From Actinomycetota bacterium (GTDB taxonomy: Bacteria; Actinomycetota; Acidimicrobiia; Acidimicrobiales; Ilumatobacteraceae): a DNA stretch of 64,000 nt. The notes under the pieces are model-generated. The model ran no database searches, was not told the origin of the DNA, and saw only the letters and a list, made by a program, of their open reading frames with translations. A program made the translations under genes and the position numbers. Location of the stretch: the NCBI GenBank assembly GCA_009702045.1, contig WLIV01000003.1:67591-131590 (forward strand), in the 5' to 3' direction. Shown here piece after piece: positions 35,466-45,317 of the stretch. The number at the start of each line of letters is the position of its first letter. Positions within the stretch are counted from its first letter, which is position 1.

Positions 35466-37511
35466 CTATGTCAGATCGTCGGTCTGCCAGATCGGCAACG
35501 GCGACACACTTTGCGCGTAGCGCTCGGCCGTGCGCATTACCAGGAAGTGCTCGAACTCGGCGGCGGGCAGGGCGGGTGCGTACAGGTGGCCTTGTTGGCG
35601 CACACAGCCGAGCGCGATCAGCGAGTCGGCTTGGATACCAGTCTCTACACCGTCGGCCGTGACGGCGATACCGATCTCGCGTACGAGGGCGATGATCGAG
35701 CGAACGATCGCCCGGTCGTGTGGGTGAGCGTTGAGGCTGTCGATCGACAGCTGGTCGATGCGCACCTCATCGAGCGGAAGGCGGCGCAGCAGGTTCAGGG
35801 ATGACACGCCGTGGGCGAAATCGTCGAGGCATACCCGACCACCACGTGCGCGAAAGGCCGCAAGGTTGGCGGCGGCTGCGGGCAGGTCGCCGGTCACCGC
35901 ACTCTCCATCACATCGATGGTGATCATCGAGGGCTCGAGACCGTGCAGCATGCGATCGATCGGATCGTCTCGCCGACCGCGCTCGGTGGCCTCCGGGGCC
36001 ATGTTGACTCGGAAGCGGAACCCATCGGGCAGGCCGAGCATCGACAGGCGGCGCATGTGTGGCCGGGCGCTGAGCAGCACCTTCTCGGTGATGCGCTCGA
36101 GCAGGCTGGCTGACATCGCGACCTCGAGGAAGTCCTGCGCCGCAATCACCCGGCCGTCGCGCCGCACCCAGCGGGCCAACAGTTCGGCACCGACGACGTG
36201 GCCGTTGCTGGCATCGATCTCGGGTTGGAAGAAGGCGACGATTTCGCCGTCATCGATCGCTCGCCGCAGCGCCTGCTCACCTTCGAGGCGGTCAATCATC
36301 TCCTGCTGCATGGTCCCGTCGAACATCTCGACGCGGTTGCGGCCGCCAGCCTTGGCTCGGTACAGCGCAGCGTTGGCGTTGCGCAGCAGTTCGCTGGCTG
36401 CATTGCCGTGCAGCGGCGCGGCGGCAACTCCGACGCTGACCGACGAGGGCATCTCGCGACCCTCGGCGTACACCGGCTGGGCCAGCACGCTGACGAGCCG
36501 CTCGGCAACGGCGCGCGCTCCAGCCATGTCGAGGCCGGGCATGACCACCACGAACTCGTCGCCGCCCATGCGGCCGACGATCGAAGTGGCGTCGCTACTG
36601 TGCTGCAGACGGTCGGCAATGATGGTGATGAAGCGGTCGCCACCTCGGTGGCCGAGCGCGTCGTTGACGGCCTTGAAGCGGTCGAGGTCGCAGAACAACA
36701 AGCCGACCGGATGCTGCTCGTCGGCACCCGCCAGGAGTGCGTCCAGCAACTCGAGCGTGCCGCGCCGGTTGTACAGCCCGGTGAGCGGATCGTGCGTGGC
36801 TTGGTGGGCGAGGTGGATGTTGATCCCGGCCAGCTGCTCATTGACGACGGTCAGCTCGCCCCGCTCATGATCGAGTTCGCGCAGGAGGCGGTCGCTGCGC
36901 CATTGCAGCCGGATGCCGTCGACGCTGTTGCGGCTGAGCACATGGTGCAGGACGACGAGCGCGACTCCGAACAGTGCACTGAGGTAGCCGAGGCTGTGGA
37001 GGTAGTCCTCGCCGGCTGAGAGCAGCGACCACGACGTCCAGGTGAGCATTGGCACAGTCATTGCCAGGAAGAGGTCGCGACGGCCGGAAGTGACGATGCA
37101 TGCGACGGCCGCCGCTGTTGCCGGGAACAGCGTGAACAGCAGCACCACCTCGACTGGGGCGCCGTCGGCAACCCAGGTCGACATACCGAACACCACACCA
37201 ATCGAGGCGAACGACACGCCGATCATCAGTTGGTTGAACACCGAGGTGGAGTTGGTGACCGAGAGCATGTAGTAGCGGTAGAGCGCGAACAACGTGATGG
37301 CTGTGCATGCGACCGCTGCCAGGAGCCACCACCCGAGGTGTACCGACGACACGTCCTTGTGCATCATCGTGCTCACCAACAGTGTGAACGGCAGGACTAC
37401 GAACGGGGCGGGTGCCAGGTTGGCAGTGACCATCGCGAGGGCTCGTTCGCGGACGAACGCAGCGGGGGTCCGCTCGGTGAGGTCTGCGCCCTGCTCGCTC
37501 TCCTCCGTCAC
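35466..37511 (-). CDS. Membrane-bound GGDEF/EAL (diguanylate cyclase/phosphodiesterase) signalling protein
   Basis: Multi-TM N-terminus, GGDEF (RMGGDEFVVV), and an EAL domain (FFQPEID, AELLARW, DDFAHG, QGHLY). Confidence 0.85.
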   Translation of the reverse strand: MTEESEQGADLTERTPAAFVRERALAMVTANLAPAPFVVLPFTLLVSTMMHKDVSSVHLGWWLLAAVACTAITLFALYRYYMLSVTNSTSVFNQLMIGVSFASIGVVFGMSTWVADGAPVEVVLLFTLFPATAAAVACIVTSGRRDLFLAMTVPMLTWTSWSLLSAGEDYLHSLGYLSALFGVALVVLHHVLSRNSVDGIRLQWRSDRLLRELDHERGELTVVNEQLAGINIHLAHQATHDPLTGLYNRRGTLELLDALLAGADEQHPVGLLFCDLDRFKAVNDALGHRGGDRFITIIADRLQHSSDATSIVGRMGGDEFVVVMPGLDMAGARAVAERLVSVLAQPVYAEGREMPSSVSVGVAAAPLHGNAASELLRNANAALYRAKAGGRNRVEMFDGTMQQEMIDRLEGEQALRRAIDDGEIVAFFQPEIDASNGHVVGAELLARWVRRDGRVIAAQDFLEVAMSASLLERITEKVLLSARPHMRRLSMLGLPDGFRFRVNMAPEATERGRRDDPIDRMLHGLEPSMITIDVMESAVTGDLPAAAANLAAFRARGGRVCLDDFAHGVSSLNLLRRLPLDEVRIDQLSIDSLNAHPHDRAIVRSIIALVREIGIAVTADGVETGIQADSLIALGCVRQQGHLYAPALPAAEFEHFLVMRTAERYAQSVSPLPIWQTDDLT

Positions 37512-37612
37512 GTCGCCGCTTCCTTCCTCAGATGTGTCACGACACGCGTGTGTCGTTGCTCAAAGCTTCATCGGCACGTCATGACACGTTCTTGACCTGG
37601 GATACTCCTGCG

Positions 37613-38521
37613 ATGCGTGGTCGCTTTGCTCCCTCTCCCACTGGTGCGCTGCACCTGGGGAACCTGCGCACCGCGCTGGTGTCATGGCTGCAGGCCCGCT
37701 CAGGCGGCGGCGAGTGGCTGGTGCGGATGGAAGACCTCGACCGGGTGACGTCGTCGCGCCACCATGAGGCCGAGCAACTGCGTGATCTGGCGGCGTTGGG
37801 GATGGTGCCTGATGGTGAGGTGGTCCGCCAGTCCGAGCGTTTCGACCTCTATCGCCAGGCGATTGCTGCACTGCGTGCCATCGACCGGGTGTACGACTGC
37901 TTCTGTTCCCGACGCGAGATTCGCGAGGCGGCGCAGGCACCACACGGCGAGTTACCCGACGGCGCCTATCCCGGCACCTGCCGCACGCTCACCGCGACGG
38001 TGCGTTCCCAGTACCTCGCCGAGGGGCGCCGGCCGGCACTTCGACTTCGCACCGAGGGGGAGCGTTTCGAGGTGCACGATCTGATCGCGGGTCGCTTCGA
38101 GGGCGGCGTCGACGATGTCGTGTTGCAACGCAACGACGGTGTGCCTGCGTACAACCTGGCCGTCGTGATCGACGACGCGGCGCAGGACGTCACCGACGTC
38201 GTGCGCGGCGACGACCTGCTGTCCAGCACGCCACGCCAGATGTTGTTGCAACAGTTGCTCGGGCTGCCGCATCCTCGCCATGCACACGTGCCACTGGTGC
38301 TGGCCCCCGATGGCACTCGCTTGGCGAAACGCCATGGAGCGGTCACTCTGGGCGATCTGGCACAACGCAACATCACCCCGGCGCAGGTGGTGGCGCGGCT
38401 GGGTGAGAGTCTCGGTTTGTGTGGTCGCGACGACGTGGTGACGGCGCACGACCTCCTCGTGTCGTTTCGCATCGAAGCCGTGCCGACGGCGCCGTGGTGG
38501 CTCGCGACGACGGATCTCTGA
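37613..38521 (+). CDS. gluQ: Glutamyl-Q tRNA(Asp) synthetase
   Basis: RFAPSPTGALHLGNLRTAL, RMEDLD, the short (about 300 aa) GluRS catalytic-domain-only architecture, and a RLAKRHG KMSKS-like motif. Confidence 0.85.
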   Translation: MRGRFAPSPTGALHLGNLRTALVSWLQARSGGGEWLVRMEDLDRVTSSRHHEAEQLRDLAALGMVPDGEVVRQSERFDLYRQAIAALRAIDRVYDCFCSRREIREAAQAPHGELPDGAYPGTCRTLTATVRSQYLAEGRRPALRLRTEGERFEVHDLIAGRFEGGVDDVVLQRNDGVPAYNLAVVIDDAAQDVTDVVRGDDLLSSTPRQMLLQQLLGLPHPRHAHVPLVLAPDGTRLAKRHGAVTLGDLAQRNITPAQVVARLGESLGLCGRDDVVTAHDLLVSFRIEAVPTAPWWLATTDL

Positions 38522-38533
38522 CACGATCGGTAC

Positions 38534-39121
38534 ATGGCTGAGCAATACGACGACCTGCAACAGATCCTCGGGTACAAGGGCGCGGGCGACGGTCGCCACG
38601 GACTGACCGAACTCGGCCCGGAGATCTTCTCTGTTCCGTTCTGGAGCCCCGCATACTGCGCCACGGTCATCCGTGCCGCAGAGGCAATCGGCGCGTTCGA
38701 AGAGCAGCCGCATGATCCGGTTCCTGGGCACGAGATCTCGCTGGCGGTCATCAGCCCGAAGTTGTTTCAGGCCGTCGAGATCGATCTCGGCGTGCGCATC
38801 TGGCCGCAGCTGCAGACCGTATGGCCCTACGTCGACTACCACGGGCTACGCGATGTGTTCGTCATCAAGTACGAGATGGGCGTGCAGGAGAACCTGCGCA
38901 TGCATCACGACGTGGCCCAGGTGTCAGCGTCGCTGAAGCTGAACGAGGGTTACGAGGGTGCGATGCTCGACTTCCCGCGTCAAGGTGTTTCCAACGAGTC
39001 GACCGCAGTTGGCGACCTTGTCGTGTTCCCCTCGTTGGTGACCCATCCGCACCAAGCAACCCCACTTCGCCGCGGGGTCAAATATGGCCTGGTGGTCTGG
39101 TTCGAGCTGCCGACATTCTGA
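38534..39121 (+). CDS. 2OG-Fe(II) oxygenase superfamily protein (prolyl/lysyl-hydroxylase-like)
   Basis: HxD (MHHDVA), distal His (VTHPHQATP) and a basic 2OG-binding residue (RRGVKYGLVVWF). Starts 13 nt after gluQ. Confidence 0.7.
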   Translation: MAEQYDDLQQILGYKGAGDGRHGLTELGPEIFSVPFWSPAYCATVIRAAEAIGAFEEQPHDPVPGHEISLAVISPKLFQAVEIDLGVRIWPQLQTVWPYVDYHGLRDVFVIKYEMGVQENLRMHHDVAQVSASLKLNEGYEGAMLDFPRQGVSNESTAVGDLVVFPSLVTHPHQATPLRRGVKYGLVVWFELPTF

Positions 39122-39176
39122 GTGGAGCCTTCACTACTGTGGAGTTTCGTTGGCCCGCGCCACCGAACCCCCCGCC

Positions 39177-40058
39177 ATGACGCACCGTCACACCACTGCC
39201 CTGTTGCTGTTGACCCCGCTCGTGATCAGCGCGCTCGCGTCGTGCACGCGCACGGTGTCCAGCGAGGCACCCGCCAGCACCGCAGCGTCCACAGAGGTCG
39301 CCACGACCACGACGCTCGCGCCTGCCACCACGCTCGAGGCCACCACCACGACCCAGGCACCCACTACTACTGAGGGTTCCACCACCACGACGCTGGCACC
39401 AAACGTGCAGATCGTGGGCGGGGCGTTCATACCGGTAATGGCCGTCGGCAAGCGCAGTGGGCCCGACACGCAGGTGCTGCAGGACCGGCTCAACACACTT
39501 GGGTTCTGGGCCGGCAACAATGACGGTCGCTACGGGTTTGCCACCACGCAAGCAGTCATGGCATTCCAGAAGTATCTGCTGCTGCCCGCCACCGGCAAGG
39601 TGGATCAGGCCACAGCCGACCAGCTGAACGTGTTCACCGAGCGCGGTCACGGTCGCTCCGACAACGGCACGCTCGTCGAGGTCGACAAGCAGCGCCAACT
39701 GCTGTTCATCGTGGTCGACGGCCAAACGGTGTGGACGCTGAACACCTCCACGGGCAGCGAGAAGCCCTACGAAGGTCCCAACGCGAACGACCCGACGAAG
39801 ATCGAGACGGGTGATGCGGTCACACCCGCTGGTCTGTGGAAGGTGAGCCGTGAGCGTCCCGATGGCTGGTGGGAGGGCGACCTCGGCAAGATCTACCGCC
39901 CGAAGTACTTCCACGGTGGAATCGCCATCCACGGCATGACCTCGGTGCCGAACTACCCGGCGTCGCACGGGTGCGTACGCGTCAGCGTCCCGGCGATGGA
40001 CTTCATTTGGGACAGCGGGTTGCTGCCGATCGGCACACCTGTCTGGGTGCACGTGTAG
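39177..40058 (+). CDS. L,D-transpeptidase lipoprotein with peptidoglycan-binding domain
   Basis: Lipobox ALASC-T, a PG_binding_1-like segment (LQDRLNTLGFWAG...AVMAFQKY), and the YkuD catalytic motif HG...SHGCVRV. Confidence 0.85.
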   Translation: MTHRHTTALLLLTPLVISALASCTRTVSSEAPASTAASTEVATTTTLAPATTLEATTTTQAPTTTEGSTTTTLAPNVQIVGGAFIPVMAVGKRSGPDTQVLQDRLNTLGFWAGNNDGRYGFATTQAVMAFQKYLLLPATGKVDQATADQLNVFTERGHGRSDNGTLVEVDKQRQLLFIVVDGQTVWTLNTSTGSEKPYEGPNANDPTKIETGDAVTPAGLWKVSRERPDGWWEGDLGKIYRPKYFHGGIAIHGMTSVPNYPASHGCVRVSVPAMDFIWDSGLLPIGTPVWVHV

Positions 40059-40061
40059 CTC

Positions 40062-42974
40062 GTGTTGCCCCACCTCGGCGATGTGGCCCCGTGGGCTGAT
40101 CCGGAAGTGGTGTCGTTGCATCGTCTGCCGATGCATGTGCCGTTGCCCGCCGGACCGGGCCGCGAGCGACTGCTGTTGAACGGGCAATGGCACTTCCGGC
40201 TGTATGACCACCCGGATGCCGTCCCGGCGCGGGCGCTCACCGTCTCGTGCGATACCTGGCAGCGGGTCACCGTTCCCGGCAACTGGACGATGCAGGGTGT
40301 GGGTGACCATCCGCACTACACGAACATCGTGATGCCATTCCCCGGTCCGCCACCGCGGCTACCCGAACGCAACCCGACCGGCGTGTACCGCCGTTCGTTG
40401 CACATACCGCACGGTTGGACGGATCGGCAGGTGGTGCTGCACATCGGCGGTGCTGAGAGCGTCCACGCGGTATGGGTCAACGGCGAGTTCGTCGGCTACG
40501 GCACCGACAGTTGTCTGGCCAGCGAGTACGACCTCACGGGCGTGGTGCAGCCTGGGCACAACGAACTGGCGATCGTGGTGCTGCGCTACAGCGCCCACTC
40601 CTACGTGGAGGACCAGGATCAGTGGTGGATGGCAGGCCTCCATCGGGAGGTGTTCGTCGAGGCCCGTACTGCCGCGCACGTCGCGGATGTGAACTGCGCG
40701 GCCGACCTGCTGCCCGACGGCTCGGGCCATCTGCAGGTGGCGGTCGCCGTGGGTGGCACCGACACCATCGTGCCGGGCCATCGCGTGCGTGTCACGTTGG
40801 TGTCACCCGAGGGTCGTCGAATCGGTCGACCCGACGTGCAACTAGTGCCGTACGAGTTCAATCGCATGTACCTGTTCGAAGGGCACGTCACTCAGCACCG
40901 GTTCGAGGTGCCCGCCGTACGACCGTGGTCGGCGGAGTCACCTACCCGCTACCGCGTCGACGTCGAGTTGATCGGACCCGATCAACGACCTGCGCACTCA
41001 CCCCTGGACGCCACCCACCAGCACACCGGATTTCGTCACGTGGAGATTCGTGGACGAGACCTGTTGGTGAATGGTCAGCGGGTGTGGATCTTCGGCGTCA
41101 ACCGCCACGACCACCATCCCGACCGCGGCAAAGCCGTCACCGCCGACGACATGCGCACCGATCTGGTGGCGATGCGCCGGCACAACATCACGGCCGTGCG
41201 CACATCGCACTATCCCAACGACCCGGTGTTCTACGACCTGTGCGACGAACTCGGCATGTACGTGGTCGACGAGGCGAACATCGAGAGCCACGCCTACAAC
41301 ACCAGCCTGTGTCACGACCCGCGGTGGCGCAGTACGTGGCTGGCTCGCGGCAGTCGGATGGTGCAGCGCGACCGCAACCACCCCAGCGTGATCATGTGGA
41401 GCCTCGGCAATGAGAGCGGCTACGGCGCGCACCACGATGCACTGGCCGGATGGATCCGTCGTGCCGACCCGAGCCGGCTGCTGCACTACGAAGGTGCGAT
41501 CTTTCACGCCAGTTGGATCGACGGTGGGCTGAGCGCGACCGATGTCGTGTGCCCGATGTATGCGTCGCTCGAGGCCATCCGTCGGTACGGCGAATCGGGT
41601 CTCGGCACGCGGCCGCTGATCCTGTGCGAGTACAGCCACGCGATGGGCAACAGCAACGGTTCCCTGGCCGACTACTGGTCAACGATCGCCACTACGCCCG
41701 GTCTGCAGGGTGGGTTCCTCTGGGAATGGAAGGACCACGGCCTGCGTCAGACGTTGCCCGATGGCACCGTGCGTCTGGCCCACGGTGGTCAGTTCGGCGA
41801 CACCCCGAACGATGGCAACTTTGTCGCCGATGGCCTGGTGGACAGCGATGGTTTCCCACATCCGGCGATGCGCGAGGTGGCGTGGGTCTACCGCCCGGTC
41901 ACCGTCTCGCCGGGGCGTCGTGGAACGGTGCGTGTCCACAACCGGCAATCGTTCACAGAACTCGACTGGCTGCAGGCCCGGTGGGAGTTGGAGGTCGACG
42001 GCGAGATCGTCGCCAGCGGCCCGTTGTCGGTTCCCGCGGTCGCACCGCACACCACGGTCGACGTGCCGCTTCCGTGCGCGGTGCCGGCCGGTGACGGCGA
42101 GGTGCACCTGACCGTGTGTTGGCTGACCCGCCACGACCTGCGGTGGGCGCCCAAGGGCCACCTCGTCGGCTGGGACCAGGTCGAGCTGCGCGCCGCGCCA
42201 CGGCGGGCGATGCAGCCGCCGCTCGTCGGCGCGGCGCAGGGTGTCGAGCGACTGTTGGGCACGCCGCCCGCGCTGACGCTGTGGCGCGCACCGGTCGACA
42301 ACGACGGCTTCAAGCTGATGCCTGAACTCGCCGAGCGGATCAAGGTCGGTGGCCTGGCGCTGTTGCGTTGGCAGCAGCAGGGCCTCGACCGCCTGTCCGC
42401 CGACGAGCTCGTGGGCCACACGCGTACGATCCACGAGACCCACCACGGCATCGTCTTCGATCACACGGTCGTGGTGCCCGAGGAACTGGCCGACCTGCCG
42501 CGGATCGGTGTGCAGTTCACACTGCCCGGCAGGTTCGGATACCTGAGCTGGTTCGGTCGCGGCCCGCACGAGAACTACCCCGACCGCAACGCCTCGGCCG
42601 TGCTCGGCGTCTGGGAGGGTGCGCCGGACGACCCGCCGTACCTGGTGCCGCAGGAGTTCGGCCTGCGCACCGACTGCCGCTGGTTCGAGTTCATCGACCC
42701 GCGCTCGGGTGATGTGCTGCGGATGGACGTGCTGCAGCCCACCTCGCGTCATGCGCGGGTGCTGCACTGCTCGGCCACACACTTCACCGCCGAAGATCTG
42801 TACACCGCGGCACACGAGGCCGACCTCGTACCACGCCGCCCATTGGTGGTGCACCTCGATGTCGCCCATCGCGGTCTCGGCACAGCGAGTTGCGGCCCAG
42901 ACGTGCTGCCGCAGTACCGCATCGCGCCCGGCACCTACCGCTTCGCCTACCGCCTCGGCCTGCGTCGCGGCTGA
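40062..42974 (+). CDS. lacZ: Beta-galactosidase, glycoside hydrolase family 2
   Basis: NHPSVIMWSLGNES (acid/base Glu) and ILCEYSHAMGNSNG (nucleophile Glu). C-terminal small-chain domain with WRAPVDND. Confidence 0.9.
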   Translation: MLPHLGDVAPWADPEVVSLHRLPMHVPLPAGPGRERLLLNGQWHFRLYDHPDAVPARALTVSCDTWQRVTVPGNWTMQGVGDHPHYTNIVMPFPGPPPRLPERNPTGVYRRSLHIPHGWTDRQVVLHIGGAESVHAVWVNGEFVGYGTDSCLASEYDLTGVVQPGHNELAIVVLRYSAHSYVEDQDQWWMAGLHREVFVEARTAAHVADVNCAADLLPDGSGHLQVAVAVGGTDTIVPGHRVRVTLVSPEGRRIGRPDVQLVPYEFNRMYLFEGHVTQHRFEVPAVRPWSAESPTRYRVDVELIGPDQRPAHSPLDATHQHTGFRHVEIRGRDLLVNGQRVWIFGVNRHDHHPDRGKAVTADDMRTDLVAMRRHNITAVRTSHYPNDPVFYDLCDELGMYVVDEANIESHAYNTSLCHDPRWRSTWLARGSRMVQRDRNHPSVIMWSLGNESGYGAHHDALAGWIRRADPSRLLHYEGAIFHASWIDGGLSATDVVCPMYASLEAIRRYGESGLGTRPLILCEYSHAMGNSNGSLADYWSTIATTPGLQGGFLWEWKDHGLRQTLPDGTVRLAHGGQFGDTPNDGNFVADGLVDSDGFPHPAMREVAWVYRPVTVSPGRRGTVRVHNRQSFTELDWLQARWELEVDGEIVASGPLSVPAVAPHTTVDVPLPCAVPAGDGEVHLTVCWLTRHDLRWAPKGHLVGWDQVELRAAPRRAMQPPLVGAAQGVERLLGTPPALTLWRAPVDNDGFKLMPELAERIKVGGLALLRWQQQGLDRLSADELVGHTRTIHETHHGIVFDHTVVVPEELADLPRIGVQFTLPGRFGYLSWFGRGPHENYPDRNASAVLGVWEGAPDDPPYLVPQEFGLRTDCRWFEFIDPRSGDVLRMDVLQPTSRHARVLHCSATHFTAEDLYTAAHEADLVPRRPLVVHLDVAHRGLGTASCGPDVLPQYRIAPGTYRFAYRLGLRRG

Positions 42975-42998
42975 TCGACACCGCTCACGGCAGGGCCC

Positions 42999-43397
42999 TC
43001 AGATGACCTCGATCGTGCATCGACTGCCCGGGGCGTTGGCCAGGCGGCGGTCAGCGGTGACGAGCGTGCACTCGAGCGTCTCCGCCAGCGTGACGTAGGA
43101 CGCGTCGTAGACGGTGAGGTTGCCGCGCAACGACCAGATGCGACGGAGCAGCGATTCAACGGGGAACACGACGAGCGGGAGGTCGAGCAAGTCATCGATC
43201 GCTCGTTCTGCTTGCGGCTGACTCAGCAGCCCTGCCGCCGTCTGGCGGCGAAGCACGGACAGGACCTCCAGACGCAGAAGGTCCGGCCCGGCCAGTTGCT
43301 CACCGCGGAGTCGTGCGCGGAAACGCTCGCCGTCCGCCCCGCTGTCGCCAACGGCCGGCGCGAGAACTGACGCGTCAACGACCAGCACGCTCAGCAT
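42999..43397 (-). CDS. vapC: PIN-domain toxin
   Basis: VVDASVL (first acidic residue), LEV, VYDASYVTLAE and TADRRL motifs. Overlaps the upstream antitoxin gene. Confidence 0.8.
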   Translation of the reverse strand: MLSVLVVDASVLAPAVGDSGADGERFRARLRGEQLAGPDLLRLEVLSVLRRQTAAGLLSQPQAERAIDDLLDLPLVVFPVESLLRRIWSLRGNLTVYDASYVTLAETLECTLVTADRRLANAPGSRCTIEVI

Positions 43398-43605
43398 CCA
43401 AGGCCGCGAGCGCGTCGGCGGCGGGAAGGCGCCCCTTCGTTCTGCGCTCGATTCGGTCGAGGACGTCGTCCAGCGATGGCGTGGTGGCGATCAGCGTCAG
43501 CTGGGTCGCCAGGTACTGCTGCAGCGACTGGCCGGCGAGATGGGCGCGCCGGACCAGTTCCTCATGGATGTCGTCGGGGACGTCTCGAACCTGAACGTTC
43601 GGCAT
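43375..43605 (-). CDS. vapB: Ribbon-helix-helix (FitA/Arc-like) antitoxin
   Basis: MPNVQVRDVPDDIHEELVRRAHLAGQSLQQYL is a typical RHH antitoxin N-terminus. 23-nt overlap with vapC. Confidence 0.75.
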   Translation of the reverse strand: MPNVQVRDVPDDIHEELVRRAHLAGQSLQQYLATQLTLIATTPSLDDVLDRIERRTKGRLPAADALAALDAERAGR

Positions 43606-43629
43606 GCATGCAGAATACATGCATGCCGA
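43599..43629. promoter_or_regulatory. Perfect 12-bp inverted repeat (TCGGCATGCATG n7 CATGCATGCCGA) overlapping the vapB start codon; probable autoregulatory operator
   Basis: Read directly. Arms at 43599-43610 and 43618-43629. The vapB ATG is at 43605-43603. Confidence 0.5.
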
Positions 43630-43653
43630 ACAGGCCACAAGGGCTGAACCCGG

Positions 43654-45225
43654 TCAGGCCGGCTTGGGGGTACCGGCGCGACGGACGCGCAGGTGGTGAT
43701 CGGCGGCATTGCGGCACGTGCCGGTGCCGAGGTCGAAGCGCCAGCCGTGCAGCGTGCACACGAAGTCGTCACCGTCGATCTCGCCGAACACTTTCAGGTC
43801 GGCCTGACGGTGCGGGCAGGTGCGCTCGATGATCCAGCCGTCGAGTTCGAACTCTTCTTCGGCGAGCCCATCGCGGTCGGGGTCGTGCTTGCGCAGCGCC
43901 TCGGCCTCGGCTCGCACCATGCGCTCCTCGTCGAGCGACTTGAAGAAGTTGTAGAGGTACTCGTTGTACTGACCCTTGCGCCAGGCACTGAAGCGACACG
44001 AGAGAAACAGCGCGTTGCTCCAGTCGTTGGCGCGATCGGCCACCACGTTCTCGACCAGCTCGCGTTGCACGCGGAAGCGGAAGTCGTGATCTTCGCCCTT
44101 CCATTCGCGCACCTCGCGATTGGGGAAGTCGATCGCGATCGCCAAATCGCCGGCGTGGAACACGCAGATCGCGCCGATCGAGTTGCACAGCGTGGGGGCC
44201 ATGCGCATGAGCGGCTCCCACCAGTCCTTCAGCGTCTGCAGCAGGTTCGGCGTGGCGGGCAGCCACTTCGACTTCATCTCGGCCAGCCAGGGCATGTAGT
44301 CGGCCTGGTAGTTGCGCAGGTACTGCTCTTTGTCGTCGAAGATTGCCTGCACCTCGGCCTCGGGCATCGGGTGCGTCACCGTGAGCTCGCCGCTGGTGCC
44401 GAACTCGATCTCGGTGCCGGGGATAGCCAGCAGACCGAGTCGACCGTCGGCCTGGAGGCGGGCCATGAACGCGCGCTGGTCGGGGAAGATGCTGAGCTCG
44501 TCGCCGGTGATGATGTTGACGCTGAACAGGTCGGGGTCGAGGAACGCCGGTGGTCCGGCGCTGGGCACCACGGCACGCGAGTCGATGGCCTTGACGTAGT
44601 GCATCGCGCGCGTGAACTGCGCGTCCACCTTCGCATCGACCAACTCGCGCATCTTCTCCGGCGTCTCCTCGTAGACGATCGGGTACCAGATCGCGCCGCT
44701 GTACTGCAGCCAGTGCAAGTCCACCTGACCATGCGCGGCCAAGGTTTCGAGATGGCTGGTACGACAGTCGTTCTGGTTCACCAGCCGGGCCGTGCCGTCG
44801 CTGATGACCAGCGCGCTGTCGCCACCCGGGCCGTCGGTGATGCTGACCTCGCAGTGGATCGTGACACGCAGGTTCGGGCCGAGCGCCATCTCCTCACGGT
44901 CGACCGTGCGGAGGATGTTGTTGAACCCGAGACCGCGCAGGATGCGCTCGAGTTCTCGGGTGGGGTAGCCCGGGATGAGCACCTTGGTGTTCTTGTTCAT
45001 GTTCGCGACCAGCCACTCGGGATCGAGATGATCCGCGTGAATGTGCGAGATGTACAAGTAGTCCGGGTTGCAGATCCTGTGCATCAGTTCGGCGGAGAGT
45101 TGATCGTTCCTGGGGAAGACGAACCAGCTACCGAAGAACTGCGGAAGGAACCAAGGGTCGCAGCAGATCGACCCATCGACGGTGTCGACGAGGATCCCTG
45201 CGTGGCCGATCGAGGTGGCACGCAT
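43654..45225 (-). CDS. Metallo-beta-lactamase-fold domain fused to a C-terminal Rieske [2Fe-2S] domain
   Basis: N-terminal HIHADHLD (HxHxDH). C-terminal CPHRQADL...CTLHGWRF (CxH...CxxH). Confidence 0.8.
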   Translation of the reverse strand: MRATSIGHAGILVDTVDGSICCDPWFLPQFFGSWFVFPRNDQLSAELMHRICNPDYLYISHIHADHLDPEWLVANMNKNTKVLIPGYPTRELERILRGLGFNNILRTVDREEMALGPNLRVTIHCEVSITDGPGGDSALVISDGTARLVNQNDCRTSHLETLAAHGQVDLHWLQYSGAIWYPIVYEETPEKMRELVDAKVDAQFTRAMHYVKAIDSRAVVPSAGPPAFLDPDLFSVNIITGDELSIFPDQRAFMARLQADGRLGLLAIPGTEIEFGTSGELTVTHPMPEAEVQAIFDDKEQYLRNYQADYMPWLAEMKSKWLPATPNLLQTLKDWWEPLMRMAPTLCNSIGAICVFHAGDLAIAIDFPNREVREWKGEDHDFRFRVQRELVENVVADRANDWSNALFLSCRFSAWRKGQYNEYLYNFFKSLDEERMVRAEAEALRKHDPDRDGLAEEEFELDGWIIERTCPHRQADLKVFGEIDGDDFVCTLHGWRFDLGTGTCRNAADHHLRVRRAGTPKPA

Positions 45226-45317
45226 AGGGCGAGGCTAGTCACATGTCCACGCGCAATCCCGGGTGCGCCGCGAGTTGTGACGAAGGTCCTTGCTGGGGCT
45301 GGCGCCGGCCTACGGCC

